DNA from: Hypanus sabinus
Taxonomy: Eukaryota
NCBI RefSeq assembly: GCF_030144855.1
Contig: NC_082712.1
Coordinates: 11,966,001-12,030,000 of the forward strand
DNA: 64,000 bases
Direction of reading: 5' to 3'
The position numbers and the translations under genes are program-made. A model generated the notes under the pieces. It saw only the letters and a list, made by a program, of their open reading frames with translations. It had not been told where the DNA came from and searched no databases. Shown here in pieces: positions 50,792 through 64,000 of this stretch (position 1 is the first letter of the stretch; every line of letters starts with the position of its first letter).

Positions 50792-52088
50792 ATGGTAAAA
50801 AAGCAAAGATTGCTTGCAGTCAGACTGTCAGGAAGGGCAGGCAGCCATCAGGGTGAGTGTCAGTGCATTAGGGGTGCAGAATCAAAAAGGGTAGCAAATA
50901 CAGTAGGCAGCCGTCAATCTCAGGGGATCATGGGTTTGTGCCTCTGGTGGACTGTGTCTTCTCCAGGGTGTAAGCCTGGGTGGGAAGATTTGAAGTTTCC
51001 CATTGAAGTTGAAGTGGGATGTTTCCCATGCAGCAGGTTCCCCATCTCCATGTCACTGATGGAGTCCAAGGGAAGGGCAAACACCGATACAGCCTGGCAC
51101 CAGTGTCATCGCTGGGGTTGCCAGAGTGAAGTTGTAAACAACATCAAACTGCTTTAAGGACCCCGGCTACGGATTTCTTCCTCAGGGTTTACTCCCGAAG
51201 CCTTTCCTGTGAGTGGGTACGGCCACAAGTAATGAAGGCCTAAAATCAGAGTTCTCCTTTTCCTCGGCAGGCTGCTGTCCAAGGCTGATGAGCCCCACCT
51301 GTCTGAAAAGCAAATACAGTACTCAAAGTGTTATATCACAATGTACTGAGAATAAGAAATAAGGTGGATGATCTTGTAGCACAATTACAGATTGTCAGGT
51401 ATGATGTTGTGTCCATCACTGAATCATGGCTGAATGATGATTGTAGTTGGGAGCTGAATGTCCAAGGTTACACGTTGTATCAGAGGGATATGAAGGTAGG
51501 CAGAGGGGGTGGTGTGAAACGACTGGTAAAGAATGGCATCAAATCAGTAGAAAGATTAGGGAACTGGAGCTGGAGCTGAATGAACTTCAGATCATTTGGG
51601 AGGCAGAGGCAGAAATAAACAGGAGTTACAGGGAGATCGTCACTCCTCCGAGTCAGGAGACAGGTAGCTGGGTGACTGTCAGGAGAGGGAAGGTTAGACA
51701 GAATGAGCAGAGCACCCCTGAGCCTGTTCTCCTCAATAATAAGTATACCATTTTGGATACTGTTGGTAGGGACGACCTACCAGGGACAAGTTGCAGTGGT
51801 TGCGTCTCTGGCACCGAGACTGGACCCTCAGCTCAGAAGGAAGGAGAGAAAAGAGGAGAGCTGTAGTGATAGGGGATTTGATAGTTAGGGGGACAGATAA
51901 GAGGTTCTTTGGGAGAGATTGAGAAACCTGGATGGTCTGTTGCCTCCCTGGTACCAGGGTCCGCGATATCTCAGAACGAGTTCTCAGTATTCTCAAAAGG
52001 GAGGGTGAGCATCTGGATGTCGTGGTCCATGTAGGGACCAATGATGTGGATAGGAAGAGTGAGGAAGTCCTGAAAGGTGACTTTACGG

Positions 52089-52655
52089 TGTGACGGGGTC
52101 CTGAATTGACCCTATGAACTATGCTCTTAAAAAGAGATAGAGGGAGGTGTCCAATGCAGAGACCTTTTTATTAAGAGAGAGAGAAGTGAAGAGTGCTTGG
52201 AAGATTGATGTTATGGTTTCTCGGCAGTTTGTTTTCATTTCCACAAGGACAGTGGCTGCTTGTACGTTCTGACAGAGAGAGAAGGGCAGAGCAGTTTGAT
52301 GGACAGCTGGTGTTCAGCATGCTGAAATAAATACCAGGTCAGCTGCTGGACTCGGACACACACGGTTTTGGACACTGGATGAGCTTGTTGTGCCCACAGG
52401 AAGATGGGTTTTTGGAGGATCGATTCGGGGAAATCGATCAGTGGCTCTCGCAGTGCAGAAAAGCTGTGATAAAATATATAATATAATATAAATATAATAT
52501 AAAATATATAATCATTGTTAACCAGTTTGATATATCTGCATTTATATCTCTGTATGGTGTAGTTACTAATAAATAGCTTTGGTTTGTAGCAGTACCAGAC
52601 TCCACGGTGTTTCCTATTTCTGCTGGTTCTTTAACCCATCACGGGCTACGTGACA
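52089..52655 (+). mobile_element. Solo LTR (TGTGAC...GTGACA) with a probable 4-bp TSD (ACGG/AGGG) and an internal (TATAA)n
   Basis: Inserted in the CR1 ORF1-like region; flanks rejoin the CR1 sequence. Confidence 0.7.
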
Positions 52656-53560
52656 AGGGAGTTAGGCACCAAGTTAAAGGACAGGACCTCCAGGATAGCA
52701 ATCTCAGGATTCCTACCAGTGCCACGTGCAGGCGGGTTTAGAAATAGTAAGATAGCGCAGATCAACACGTGGCTGAAGACATGGTGCAAGAGGGAGGGCT
52801 TCAGATTTATAGATATTGGGAAGTCTTCCAGAGAAGGTGGAACCTGTTCCAGCAGGATGGTTTACATCTGAACTGGAGGGTAACAAATATTCTTGCAGGT
52901 AGGTTCGTTAGAGAGGCTCCAGTGGATTTAAACTAAATATGAGGTGGGAGGGGAACCAGAGTGTAGGAACAGATGTTTGGGAGAAGGAAGAAAAAGAAGA
53001 CAGTAAACTTCTTTGTACTGTAAGAGATAAACAGAGAGGAGGAGGTGGAGAATTTCTTAAATGCATTTATTTTAATACTAGGAGCATTGTAAGAAAGATG
53101 GATGAGCTTAGAGCATGGATTGATACCTAGAAATATGATGTTGTAGCTGTTAGTGAAACATGGTTGCAGTAGGAGGAGTGTGATTGGCAACTAAATATTC
53201 CAGGATTTCATTGCTTCAGGTGTGATAGAATCGGAGGGACAAGAGGGGGAGGTGTCGCATTGCTTGTCAGAGAGATTATTATACGGGGCGCTCTGGCAAG
53301 ATAAATTAGAGGGCTCGTCTAGAGAGGCTATTTGGGTGGAATTGAGTAATGGGAAAGGTGCAGTAACACTCATAGGGGTGTATTATAAACCTAATGGGGA
53401 GCAAGAATTGGAGGAGCAAATTTGTAAGGAGATAGCAGATACTTGTAATAAGCACAAGGTTGTGATTGTGGGAGCTTTTAATTTTCCACACATAGATTGG
53501 GAAGCCCATTCTATAAAAGGACTGGATGGTTTGGAGTTTGTAAAATGTGTGCAGGAAAGT

Positions 53561-54200
53561 TTTTTTAAAAATTTTTTTAATTAGTTTTTCAAAACATTTT
53601 ACAAATTAAAAACCCCAAATCCCAATGAGGAACATTAAAACAGCGCAAAATTAAGCATACAATAACAATATGCTACAAAGGAAGAGAATTTAGCAAAAAA
53701 AAAGCACCTGAATTAAAGACAAGTAAGCTTTGTGTCCTCCCCAAGCCCCACAACACAAGAAAAAACAACAACTCCAGACCAACCACAACACAATATAGAG
53801 AGTATAAGTCAGGACAGCCAGACTCCCAGACTGTGAATACACTCAGCAACAGAGGGTAATAATGCCTTCTACCAGAAAAAAAAGGAGCTGAAAGCAAGGG
53901 ACCGAAAAGAAAAAAAAAACCCTAGTCAAGAGGAAGGTTATGAAAGTACTCGATAAAAGGTCCCCAGACCTTATGGAACTTTAGATCTGAATTGAGAACT
54001 GAATAATGAATTTTTTCGAGGTCCAAACAGGCCATGATGTCGTTAAGCCATTGAGCATGAGTGGGCGGGGCAACATCTCTCCATCTGAGGAGGATCAAGC
54101 GTCTAGCCAGGAGAGAGGCAAAGGATAATATTCGGCATTTGGTCGGACCCAGACATAAATCTGTCTCGCCCCAAAAACCGAACAGAGCAATTAAGAGGAT
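53561..54200 (-). mobile_element. L1-clade 3' fragment (different subfamily from 30781-34112) inserted in CR1
   Basis: ORF LLARRLILLRWRDVAPPT...WL...LDLEKI...KFHKVWGPFIEYF, plus a 3' UTR and A-rich tail. Confidence 0.85.
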
Positions 54201-56544
54201 AGCTTTTTTGCAGCAATACATAGAGGTACCAACTAGAGAAGGGTCAGTGTTGGATCCCCTGTTAGGGAATGAGATAGGTCAGGTGACGGAGGTATGTGTT
54301 GGGGAGCACTTGGGGTTCAGTGATCACAATGCCATTAGTTTCAATATAATTATAGAGAAGGATAGGACTGGACCCAGGGTTGAGATTTTTTATTGGAGAA
54401 AGGGTAACTTTGAGGAGATGCAAAAGGATTTAGAAGGAGTGGATTGGAACAATTTGTTTTATGGGAAGGATGTAATAGAGAAATGGAGGTCATTTAAAGG
54501 TGAAATTCTGAGGGTACAGAATCTTTATGTTCCTGTTAGGTTGAAAGGAAAGGTTACAAGTTTGAGAGATCCATGGTTTTCAAGGGATATTGAAAACTTT
54601 GGAAAAAGAGAGATATCTACAATAAATATAGGCAGCATGGAGTAAATGAGGTCCTCGAGGAATATAAAGAATATAAAAAGAATCTGAAGAAACAAATTAG
54701 AAAAAAAAGAAAATACGAGGTTGCTTTGACAATAAGGTGAAAATAAATCCAAAGGGTCTATACACTTATATTAATAGCAAAAGGATAGTGAGGGATAAAA
54801 TTGGTCCCTTAGAGAATCAGAATGGACAGCTAGTGTGAGATTTTGAATAATTTCTTTTCTTCGGTATTCACTAAGGAGAAGGATATTGAATTGTGTAAGG
54901 TCAGGGAAACAAGTAGGGGAGTTATGGAAACTATGATGATTAACGAGGAGGAAGTACTGGTGCTTTTAAGGAATATAAAAGTGGATAAATCTCCAGATCC
55001 TGACAGGATGTTTCCCTAGGACCTTCAGGGAGGTTCTTGTAGAAATAGCAGGGGTTCTGACAGAAATATTTCAAATGTCTTTAGAAATGGGATTGGTGTA
55101 TTGCTCATGTTGTTCCATTGTTTAAAAATGATTCTAAGAGTAAACCTAGCAATTATAGGCCTATAAGTTTGATGTCAGTGGAGGGTAAATTAATGAAAAG
55201 TATTCTTAGAGATGGTATATATAATTTTCTGGATAGACAGGGTCTGATTAGGAACAGTCAACATGGATTTGTGCGTGGAAGGTCATGTTTGACAAATCTT
55301 ATTGAATTTTTTGAAGAGGTTACTAAGAAAGTTGACGAGGGTAAAGCAGTGGATGTTGTCTACATGGACTTCAGTAAGGCCTTTGACAAGATTCAACACG
55401 GAAAGTTAGTTAGGAAGGTTCAATCAGTAGTTATTAATATTGAAGTAGTAAAATGGATTCAACAGTGGCTGGATGGGAGAAGCCAGAGAGTAGTGGTGGA
55501 TAACTGTTTGTCAGGTTGGAGGTTGGTGACTAGCGGTGTGCCTCAGGGATCTGTACTGGGTCCAATGTTGTTTGTCATCTACATTAATGATCTGGATGAT
55601 GGGGTGGTAAATTGGATTAGTAAGTATGCAGATGATACTAAGATAGGTGGTGCTGTGGATAATGAAGTAGGTTTTCAAAGCTTGCAGATAGATTTAGGCT
55701 AATTATAAGAGAGGGCTGAAAGATGGCAGATAGAGTTTAATGCTGATAAGTGTGAGGTGCTACATTTTTGAAGGACTGATCAAAATAGGACATACATGGT
55801 AAATGGTAGGGCATTGAAGAATGCAGTAGAACAGAGTGATCTAGGAATAACAGTGCATAGTTCCCTGAAGGTGGAATCTCATGTGGATAGGGTGGTGAAG
55901 AAAGCTTTTGATATGCTGGCCTTTATAAATCAGAGCATTGAGCATAGGTGTTGGGATGTAATGTTAACATTGTACAAGGCATTGGTAAGGCCGAATTTGG
56001 AGTAGTGTGTACAGTTCTGGTTACTGAATTATAGGAAAGATGTCAACAAAATAGAGAAAGTACAGAGAAGATTTACCAGAACGGTACCTAGGTTTCAGCA
56101 CCTAAGATATGGAGAAAGGTTGAACAAGTTAGGTCTTTATTCTTTGGAGCGTAGAAGGTTGAGGGGAGTCTTGACAGAGGTATTTAAAATTATGAGAGGG
56201 ATAGATAGATTTGACGTGGATAGGCTTTTTCCATTGAGAGTAAGGGAGACTCAAACAAGAGGACATGAGTTGAGAGTTAGTGGGCAAACGTTTAGGGGTA
56301 ACACGAGGAGGAAATTCTTTACTCAGAGAGTGGTAGCTGTGTGGAACGAGCTTCCAGTAGAAGTGGTAGAGGCTGTTCGATATTGTTATTTAAAGTACAA
56401 TTGGACAGGTATATGGACAGGAAAGGAATGGAGGGTGATGGGCTGAGTGCAGGTCGGTGGGACTAGGTGAGAGTAACGTTCAGCAAGGACTAGACAGGCT
56501 GCGATGGCCTGTTTCCATGCTGTAATTGTTATATGGTTATATGG

Positions 56545-59500
56545 TTGTAAGATGTGACATTGGTTCAGAAGATATTGAATCCTTGTGGGTTGAGTTAAGA
56601 AACTGCAAAGGTAAAAGGACCCTGATGGCAGTTAAATACAGGCCTCCAAACAGTAGTTGGAATTTGGAATACAGATTACAAAGGGAGAAAGAAAAAGCAT
56701 GTCAAAAGAGAAATTTATGATAGTCATGGGAGATTTTAACATGCAGGTCAATCGGGAAAATCAGTTTGGTAGTGGATCTCAAAAGTGAGTTTGTTGAATA
56801 CCTGAGTGATGGCTTTTTAGAGCAGTTTGTCATTGAGCCGACTGGAGAATCAGCTCTACTGGATTGGGTGTTCTGTAATGAACTGGAGGTGATTAGGGAG
56901 CTTAAGGTAAAAGACCCCTGAGGAAACAGTGATCACAATGTGATTGAGAGTTCATCTTGAAATCTGTGAGGGAGAAAGTAAAGCCTGATGTAGCAGTATT
57001 TCAGTGGTGTAAAGGAAATTATTGTGGTATGAGAGTGAAGTTAGCCAAAGTAAATTGGAAGGAGATGCTGGCAGGGATGACAGCAGAGCAGCAATGGCTT
57101 GAGTTTCTGGGAAAAATGAGGAAGGTGCAGGGTAGATGCATTCCAAAAACAAAGCAAATCTCAAATGGCAAAATATACAACTGTGATTGACAAGGGAAGT
57201 GAAAGCTAATGTAAAAGCAAAAGGCAGGGCAAGAGGCTGAGTACAGAGGAGTGGTGGACAACTTTGTTGAGTGGTGTGGGCTGGATCACCTGCAGCTCAA
57301 CATCACCAAGACAAAGGAGTTGGTGGTGGAGTTCAGGAAGGTGAAAGCACCCTGCATTCCCATCTCCGTCAGGGGAACAGGTGTGGAGGTCCTCCAAGAC
57401 TACAGATTCCTGGGAACTCACCTGGACAATAAACTGGACTGGACTAAAACTACAGTAGCTCAGTACAAGAAGGGACATAGCTGACTATACTTCCCGAGGA
57501 GGCTCCAGTCATTCAACGTCTACAGTACTCTGCTGCAGATCTTCTACAACTCAGTGGTGGCCAGCATTCTACTCTGCATTGTGGTCGCTGGGGCAGCAGG
57601 GTGAGAGCAGCTGATGCTTAGAAGATTGATAAGCTTGCCAGGAAGGCTGGTTCTGTTCTGGGGGTGGAACTGGATCCCCTGGTGGCTGTCTGAGACGATC
57701 ATTATGCAGAAACCATGGCACATTATGGACAATCCCTCTCACCCCTCCATGACATACTGGACAAAGAGAGGAGCACCTTTAGTAACAGACTGATTCCACC
57801 GAGGTGCACCACATCACTGAACACTGAAGAGTAGATATAGGACCACTAGAAAATGAGGCCAGAGAAATAATAAGGAGATGGCAGGTGAACTAAATGAGTA
57901 TTTTGGAAGACACTAGCATTGAGCCAGGGGTTGAACAGTGTGAGGGAAGAGAAGTGAGTGCAATTACTATTATCAGGGAGAAGATGCTCAAAAAGCTGAG
58001 AGACCTAAAGATACATAAGTCACGTGGACCAGATGAACTGCACTCAAGGGTTCTGAAAGGTAATGGTAAAGATTGCAGAGGCATTTGTAATGATATTTCT
58101 GGCATGGTTCCGGAAGACTGTAAAATTGCAAATGTCACTCCACTCTTTAAGAAAGGAGGGAGTCAGCAGAAAGGAAACAACAGATGATTTATCATCACCT
58201 CAGTGGTTGGGAAGATGTTGGAGTCAATTGTTATGGATGAGTTTATGGAGTACTTGGTGACACAGGACAAGTTAGGACAAAGTCAGCATGGTTTCCTTCA
58301 GGGAAAATCGTGCCTGACAAACCTTTTGTAATTCTTTGAGAAGATTAGATGTAGGATAGATAAAGTGGATGCAGTGGATGTTGTATATTTGGATTTTCAG
58401 AAGGCCTTTGACAAGGTGTCACACGTGAGACTGCTTACCAAGTTAAGAGCCATGGTATTACAGGGAAGCTATTGACATGCTTAGAGCATTGGCTGATTGG
58501 TAGGAGGAAGAGAGTGGAAATTAAAGATTCTTTATTTGTTGGCTACCAGTGACTAGTGGTGTTCCACAGGGGTCGGATTTGGGACCACTTCCTTTTATGC
58601 TGTATATAAATGATTAAGATGATGGAACAGTGGTTGTGTTGCCAAATTTGCAGATGATACGAAGATTGGTGGAGGGACAGATAGTGTTGAGGAAGCAGAT
58701 AGGCTGCAGAAGGACATAGACTGATTAGGAGAATTGGCAAGAAATTGGCAAATGATAAACAATGTTGGAAAATGTATGGGCATGGTAAAAGAAATAAATG
58801 TGTGGACTATTTTCTAAACAGGGAGAAAATTCAAAAATCTGAGATGCAAAGAGACTTGGGAGTCATTGTGCAGAACACCCTAAAGACTAACTTGCAGGTA
58901 GAGACAGTGGTGAGGAAGGCAAATGCAATGTTAGCATTCATTTCAAAAGGTCTAAAATACAAGAGCAGGATGTGATGCTGAGGCTTTATAAGGCACTGGT
59001 GAGGCCTCTCCTTGAGTATTATGAATAGTTCTGGGCTCCCTATCTAAGAAAAGATGTGCAGGCATTGGGGACTCTTCAGAGGAGGTTCACAAGGATGATT
59101 CTTGGAATGAAGTGGTTATCATATGAGGAACATTTGATGACACTGGGCTTGTACTCGCTGGGATATAGAAGGATTAGGGGGATCTCACTGAAACCTTTCG
59201 AATGTTGAAAGCCATTGACAGAGTAGATGTGGAAGGGAAGTTTCCCATGGTGGGGGAGTCGAGGACAAGAGGGCACAGCCTCAGGATAGACTGGTGTCCA
59301 TCTAAAACAGATGTGCAGAGAAATTTCTTCAGCCAGAGGATCATGAATTTGTGTTATTTATAGCCACAGACAGCTGTGGTGACCAGGTTGTTGGATGTAT
59401 TTAAGGCGGTGATTGATGGGTTCTTCATTGGCCATGACAGCAAAGATTACGGGGAGAAGGCTGGGTAGTAGTGCTGAAGAGGGAACAAAAAGGATCAACC

Positions 59501-59570
59501 ATGATTGAATGATGGAGCAGACACAATGGGCAGAATGGCCTAATTCTGTTCTGATGTCTTATGGTCTTAT
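56545..59570 (+). mobile_element. Second degraded CR1 ORF2 interrupted by a Rex1/Babar fragment (about 57232-57810)
   Basis: LWVELRNCKGKRTLM, gttccacaggggtcgg (VPQG), tttgcagatgatacg (FADDT); insert LQLNITKTKELVVEFRK. Confidence 0.85.
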
Positions 59571-59579
59571 TTTCTAATT

Positions 59580-62340
59580 GTAGAAACATAGAAAACCTTC
59601 AGCACAATACAGGCCCTTCAGCCCACAAATTTGTGCCGAACATGTCCCTACCTTAGAAATTACTAGGCTTACCTATAGCCCTCTATTTTACTAAGCTCCA
59701 TGTACCTATCCAAAAGTCTCTTAAAAGACCCTATCGTATCTGCCTCCACCACAGTTGCCGGCAACCCATTCCACACACACACCACTCACTCAGTAAAAAA
59801 CTGAACCCTGACATCTCCCCTGTACCTACTCCCCAGCACTTTAAACCTGTGTCCTCTTGTGGCGACCATTTCAGCCCTGGGAAACAGCCTCTGACTATCC
59901 ACCATGATCAGTGCCTCTCATCATCTTGTACAGGTCACCCCTCATCCTCCTTCACTCCGAGGAGAAAAGGCCGAGTTCACTCAATCTGTTCTCATAAGGC
60001 ATGCTCCCCAATCCAGGCAAGAATCTTGTAAATCTCCTCTGCACCGTTTCTATGGTACCCACATCCTTCCTGCAGTGAGGCGACCAGAACTGAGCACAGT
60101 ACTCCAAGTGGGGTCTGACCAGGGTCCTATATAGCTGCAACATTACCTCTCAGCTCCTAAATTCAATTCCATGATTGATGAAGGCCAATACACCATATGC
60201 CTTCTGAACTACAGAGTAAACCTGCACAACTGCTTTGAGCATCCTATGGACTCACACCCCAAGATCCCTCTGATCCTCCACACTGCCAAGAGTCTTACCA
60301 TTAATACTATATTCCGCCATCATATTTGACCTCCCAAAATGAACCACTTCACACTTATCTGGGTTGAACTCTATCTGCCACTTCTCAACCCAGTTTTGCA
60401 TCCTATAAATTTTCCATTGTATCCTTTGACAGCCCTCCACACTACCCACCACACCTCCAACATTTGTATCATCAGCAAACTTACTAACCCATCCCTCCAC
60501 TTCCTCATCCAGGTCATTTATAAAAATCACGAAGAGTAAGGGTTGCAGAACAGGTCCCTGAGGCACTCCACTGGTCACTGACCTCTATGCAGAATATGAC
60601 CCGTCTACAACCACTCTTTGCCTTCCGTGGGCAAGCCAGTTCTGGATCCACAAAGCAATGTCCTCTTGGATCCCATGCCTCCTTACTTTCTCAATAAGAC
60701 TTGCATGGAGTATCTTATCAAATGCCTTGCTGAAATCCATATACATTACATCTACTTCACTTCCTTCATCGATGTGTTTAGTCTCATCCTGACAAAATTC
60801 AATCAGGCTTGTAACGCATGACCTTCCTTTGATAAAGCCTTTCTGACTATTCCTAATCATATTATGCCTTTCCAAATGTTCATAAATACTGCCTCTCACA
60901 ATCTTCTCCATCAAATTACCAACCACTGAACCAAGACTCACTGGTCTATAATTTCCTGTGCTATCTCTGTTCGCTTTCTTGAATAAAGGAGCTACATCCG
61001 CAACGCTCCATTCCTCCAGAACCTCTCTCATCCTCATTTATGATGCAAAGATCATCGCCAGAGGCTCAGCAATCACCTCCCTTGCCTCCCATTGTAGCCT
61101 GGGATACATTTTGCCTTGTCCCAGCGACTTATCCAACTTGATGCTTTCCAAAAGCTCCAACACATCCTCTTTCTTAATATCTACATGCTCAAGCTTTTCA
61201 GTCTGCTGCAAGTCATCACTACAATCACTAAGATCCTTTTCCATAGTGAACACTGAAGTATTCATTATTTCTGCTATTTCCTCTGGATCTATATGCAATT
61301 CCCCACTGTCACACTTGATAGGTCCTTTTCTTTCACGTCTCATCCTCTTGCTCTTCACATACTTGTAGAATGCCTTGGGGTTTTCCTTAATCCTGCCCAC
61401 GAAGGTCTTCTGATGGCCCCTTCTGGCTCTCCTAATTTCCTTCTTAAGCTCCTTCCTAGTAGCCTTATAATCTTCTAGATCTCTAACATTACTTAGCCCT
61501 CTGAACCCTTTGTAAGCTTTTCTTTTCTTCTTGACTAGATTTATTACAGCCTTTGTACACCACGGGTCCTGTACCCTACCACAACTTCCTTGTCACAACG
61601 AAAGTTATCAAGAAAGACATTGCTCTATTATATGCCTTTTCTTTGGCTTTCATGTTGGCTTTGAGTTCCCTTGTTGGCCATGGTTGTGCCATCTTTCCTG
61701 GAGAATACTTCTTCCTCTTTGGATGGATATATCCTGAGTCTTCTGTGTTGCTTGCAGAAATTGCAGCCATTGCTGTTCTGCCATCATCCCTGCCAGTGTT
61801 CTTTCCGATCAAATCCGACCATCTCCTTACTCATGCCTCTGTAATCCCCTTTGCTCCACTGGAATTCTAATACATCTGGCTTCCACCTCTTCTTCTTAAA
61901 TTTCAGGGTGAATTTGATTATATAATGATCACTTGCACCACAGGGTTCTTTTACCTTAAGCTTTCAATCAATTCTAGTTCATTGCACAATACCTAATGCA
62001 GAATAGATGATCCTGTGATGGGCTCAGCCACAAGGTGCTGTAAAAAGCCATCTGGTAGGCACCCTGGAAATTCCTCCTCCTGGAATCCAGCACCAACCTG
62101 ATTTTCTCACTCTATTAGCGTATTAAACTCCATCATAACTATTGTATCTTTGCCCTTTTGGCGTTCATTTTCTAACTCCCAGTGTAATTTGTAGGCCACT
62201 GTTTGGGTGTCTGCATACAACTCACTTCAGGGCTTTTTGACCCTTGCAGTTCCTTAGTTCTATCCACAATAATTCAACACCTTCCGACCCTCTGTCACCT
62301 CTTTCTAATGATTTTATTCCACTTTTTACAACAGAGCAAC
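59580..62340 (-). mobile_element. Degraded CR1 fragments
   Basis: [53 protein letters not shown]. Confidence 0.88.
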
Positions 62341-62784
62341 GCTTCCCACTCTGCGTTGGCCTCGTGACCGTGGGGGTTTCCTCCAGTTTCCTCCCACAGT
62401 CCAAAGACGCACATTTAGTGGGTTAATTGTTCACTGTTGAGGGCTGCTGCTTCCTTTTGGAACAAGTGACAGGGGGAAGGGTTGATGCTTTGTGGCTGCT
62501 TCGGAGTAGAGGGGGTGGGGGGCTTTGGGGGCTAACATTTTACAAAATTTCCTTCTTCTGTTTTTTTCATGGATGTCTGTGAAGAGTAAGAATACTGTAA
62601 TCTCTTACTGTCTCTCTTCTGATTTTCAGTTCCCTTCTGATTATCTGTAATCAGCCTGGTTTTTATTGGTATTTTTGTTATTTGCAAGTCACAAGCCAGA
62701 CAACTCATTTGCTCCTTAACTTTGTCTGCAGGTCCTTTCACGTCCTAACTGAACGATCTCTTCCTTAGAGGATCAAAGTTCAAA

Positions 62785-63360
62785 GTGAATTTATTGTCGA
62801 AGTACGAATATGTGGCCAGACGCTACCCTGAGATTTATTTTCTTCCAGGCATTCACAGTAGAACAAAGAAATCAATAGAATCAATGAAAAACTACACACA
62901 AACAAAGACAGACATACAACCAATATGCAAAAAAAGACAAACTGGGCAAAAAAATGAGTTAAGTAATACTGAGAACATGAGTTACAGAATGTTTGAAAGT
63001 GAGTCCGTAGGTTGTCGAATCAGTTCAGAGTTGAGCTGAGTGAAGCATTCCACTCTGGTTCAGGAGCCTGATCATTGAGAAGTCATAACTGTCCCTGAAC
63101 CTGGTGGTGTGGGTCCAGAGGCTTCTGTACCTCCTGCCTGATGGCAGCAGTGAGAGGTGAGCATGGCCTGGATGTTGGGGGTCCTTGATGATGGAAGCTG
63201 CTTTCTTGTGGCAGCGCTCCTTGTAGATGTGTTCAATGGTGGGGAGGGCACCTCCTGTGATGGACTGGGCCGTACCCACCTCTCTTTGTAGGATTTTTTG
63301 TTCTTGGGCATTGGGGTTTCCATACCAGGTCATGATGTGAGCAGTCCACATACTCTCCAC
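62785..63360 (-). mobile_element. Rex1/Babar 3' fragment
   Basis: AQSITGGALPTIEHIY...KKAASIIKDPQHPGH..LPSGRRYRS...TRFRDS. Confidence 0.85.
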
Positions 63361-63786
63361 TGTGAATTACAGAAGTTAGTCACACCAGAGGTCACGTGTT
63401 CATGTTACAAGATTGGTTACAATAGTGACAACCAGAAAGAGGAACTTAGATGGTGCCAGAGAATGACTTCTTTGAGCTTGTCTGCAAAAGAGCTCAAATT
63501 CCAGTCTCTTTTTTCACTTTTCAAGGGTGAAGGAGTCCTGTCGGAGTCCATGATCTCCGACTGCACTCAAACTGCAGTTCTTCACGGCAGTGGGTTCCAG
63601 CTCCCAGAGCTTGCTGACTGCCCATTTTTGATATCTCCAGGAGTGGCCTGGAAGACGTGTATCTTTGGGCTGTGGTCTTGCACAGCTCCTGTGGACTGGG
63701 TTTCTTGGCAGTGTCACCAACTGAACCGTTGCAAAAGATTGAAACATTGAGTCGGGGGTGTGGCTGGCGAAGGCCTTTGCATTACA

Positions 63787-63869
63787 CTCTCTGTCTCTCC
63801 CTTCCTCCTTCTCTCTCTCTCTCCCTCTCCCCCTTCCTCCCTCTCTCTCTCTCTCTCTCTCTTTCTCTT

Positions 63870-63900
<31 letters not shown>
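63787..63900. repeat. (CT)n microsatellite
   Basis: Visible directly. Confidence 0.95.
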
Positions 63901-64000
63901 GTGGTCTGCTGGTTCTCGAGTTGGGTGAGCTCGAATAAGCATAGTTTCAAATCATGTTGAAACATCGATCTGTTGATCTCCCCTCTTGCAGTGCTAGATC

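Larger units (their letters stand above)
51560..56530 (+). mobile_element. Near full-length degraded CR1 (ORF1-like region, endonuclease, RT, 3' tail), interrupted by an LTR and an L1 fragment
   Basis: LELNELQIIWEAE, VCCLPGTRVRDISERV, KCIYFNTRSI, GAFNFPHIDW, NYRPISLMSV, SQHGFVRGRSCLT, GVPQGSVLGP, YADDTK, FFTQRVV. Confidence 0.92.

Overview
Eukaryotic, repeat-saturated vertebrate DNA. The HE1-type V-SINEs, CR1 families and Penelope remnants point to a cartilaginous fish, probably a ray or skate (inference). By eye, well over 80% of the window is transposon-derived: nested CR1, Rex1/Babar, L1, RTE and Penelope LINE fragments, solo LTRs, SINEs and tiny MITEs. Almost all ORFs in the supplied track are TE pieces or their antisense. 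One host gene can be reconstructed on the minus strand with canonical, phase-compatible splice sites: leader (47515-47455), V-set Ig domain 1 (35306-34923), V-set Ig domain 2 (26616-26227) and a transmembrane exon (22401-22283). These give an open 317-aa SIGLEC15-like protein. V1 has the Siglec-15 four-cysteine pattern and the essential sialic-acid-binding Arg. V2 replaces the usual C2 domain, lacks the Arg and has a very long F-G loop. The TM helix carries a lysine (LGLKTL, adaptor-coupling type) and the tail is minimal. A roughly 2.1-kb block holding the TM exon is duplicated about 16 kb downstream, where the TM exon has an in-frame stop but an intact acceptor. Penelope 3' ends and dispersed modules carry minimal type-I hammerhead ribozyme motifs. 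An assembly gap (34461-34590) lies inside the gene model, so exon connectivity needs transcript confirmation.
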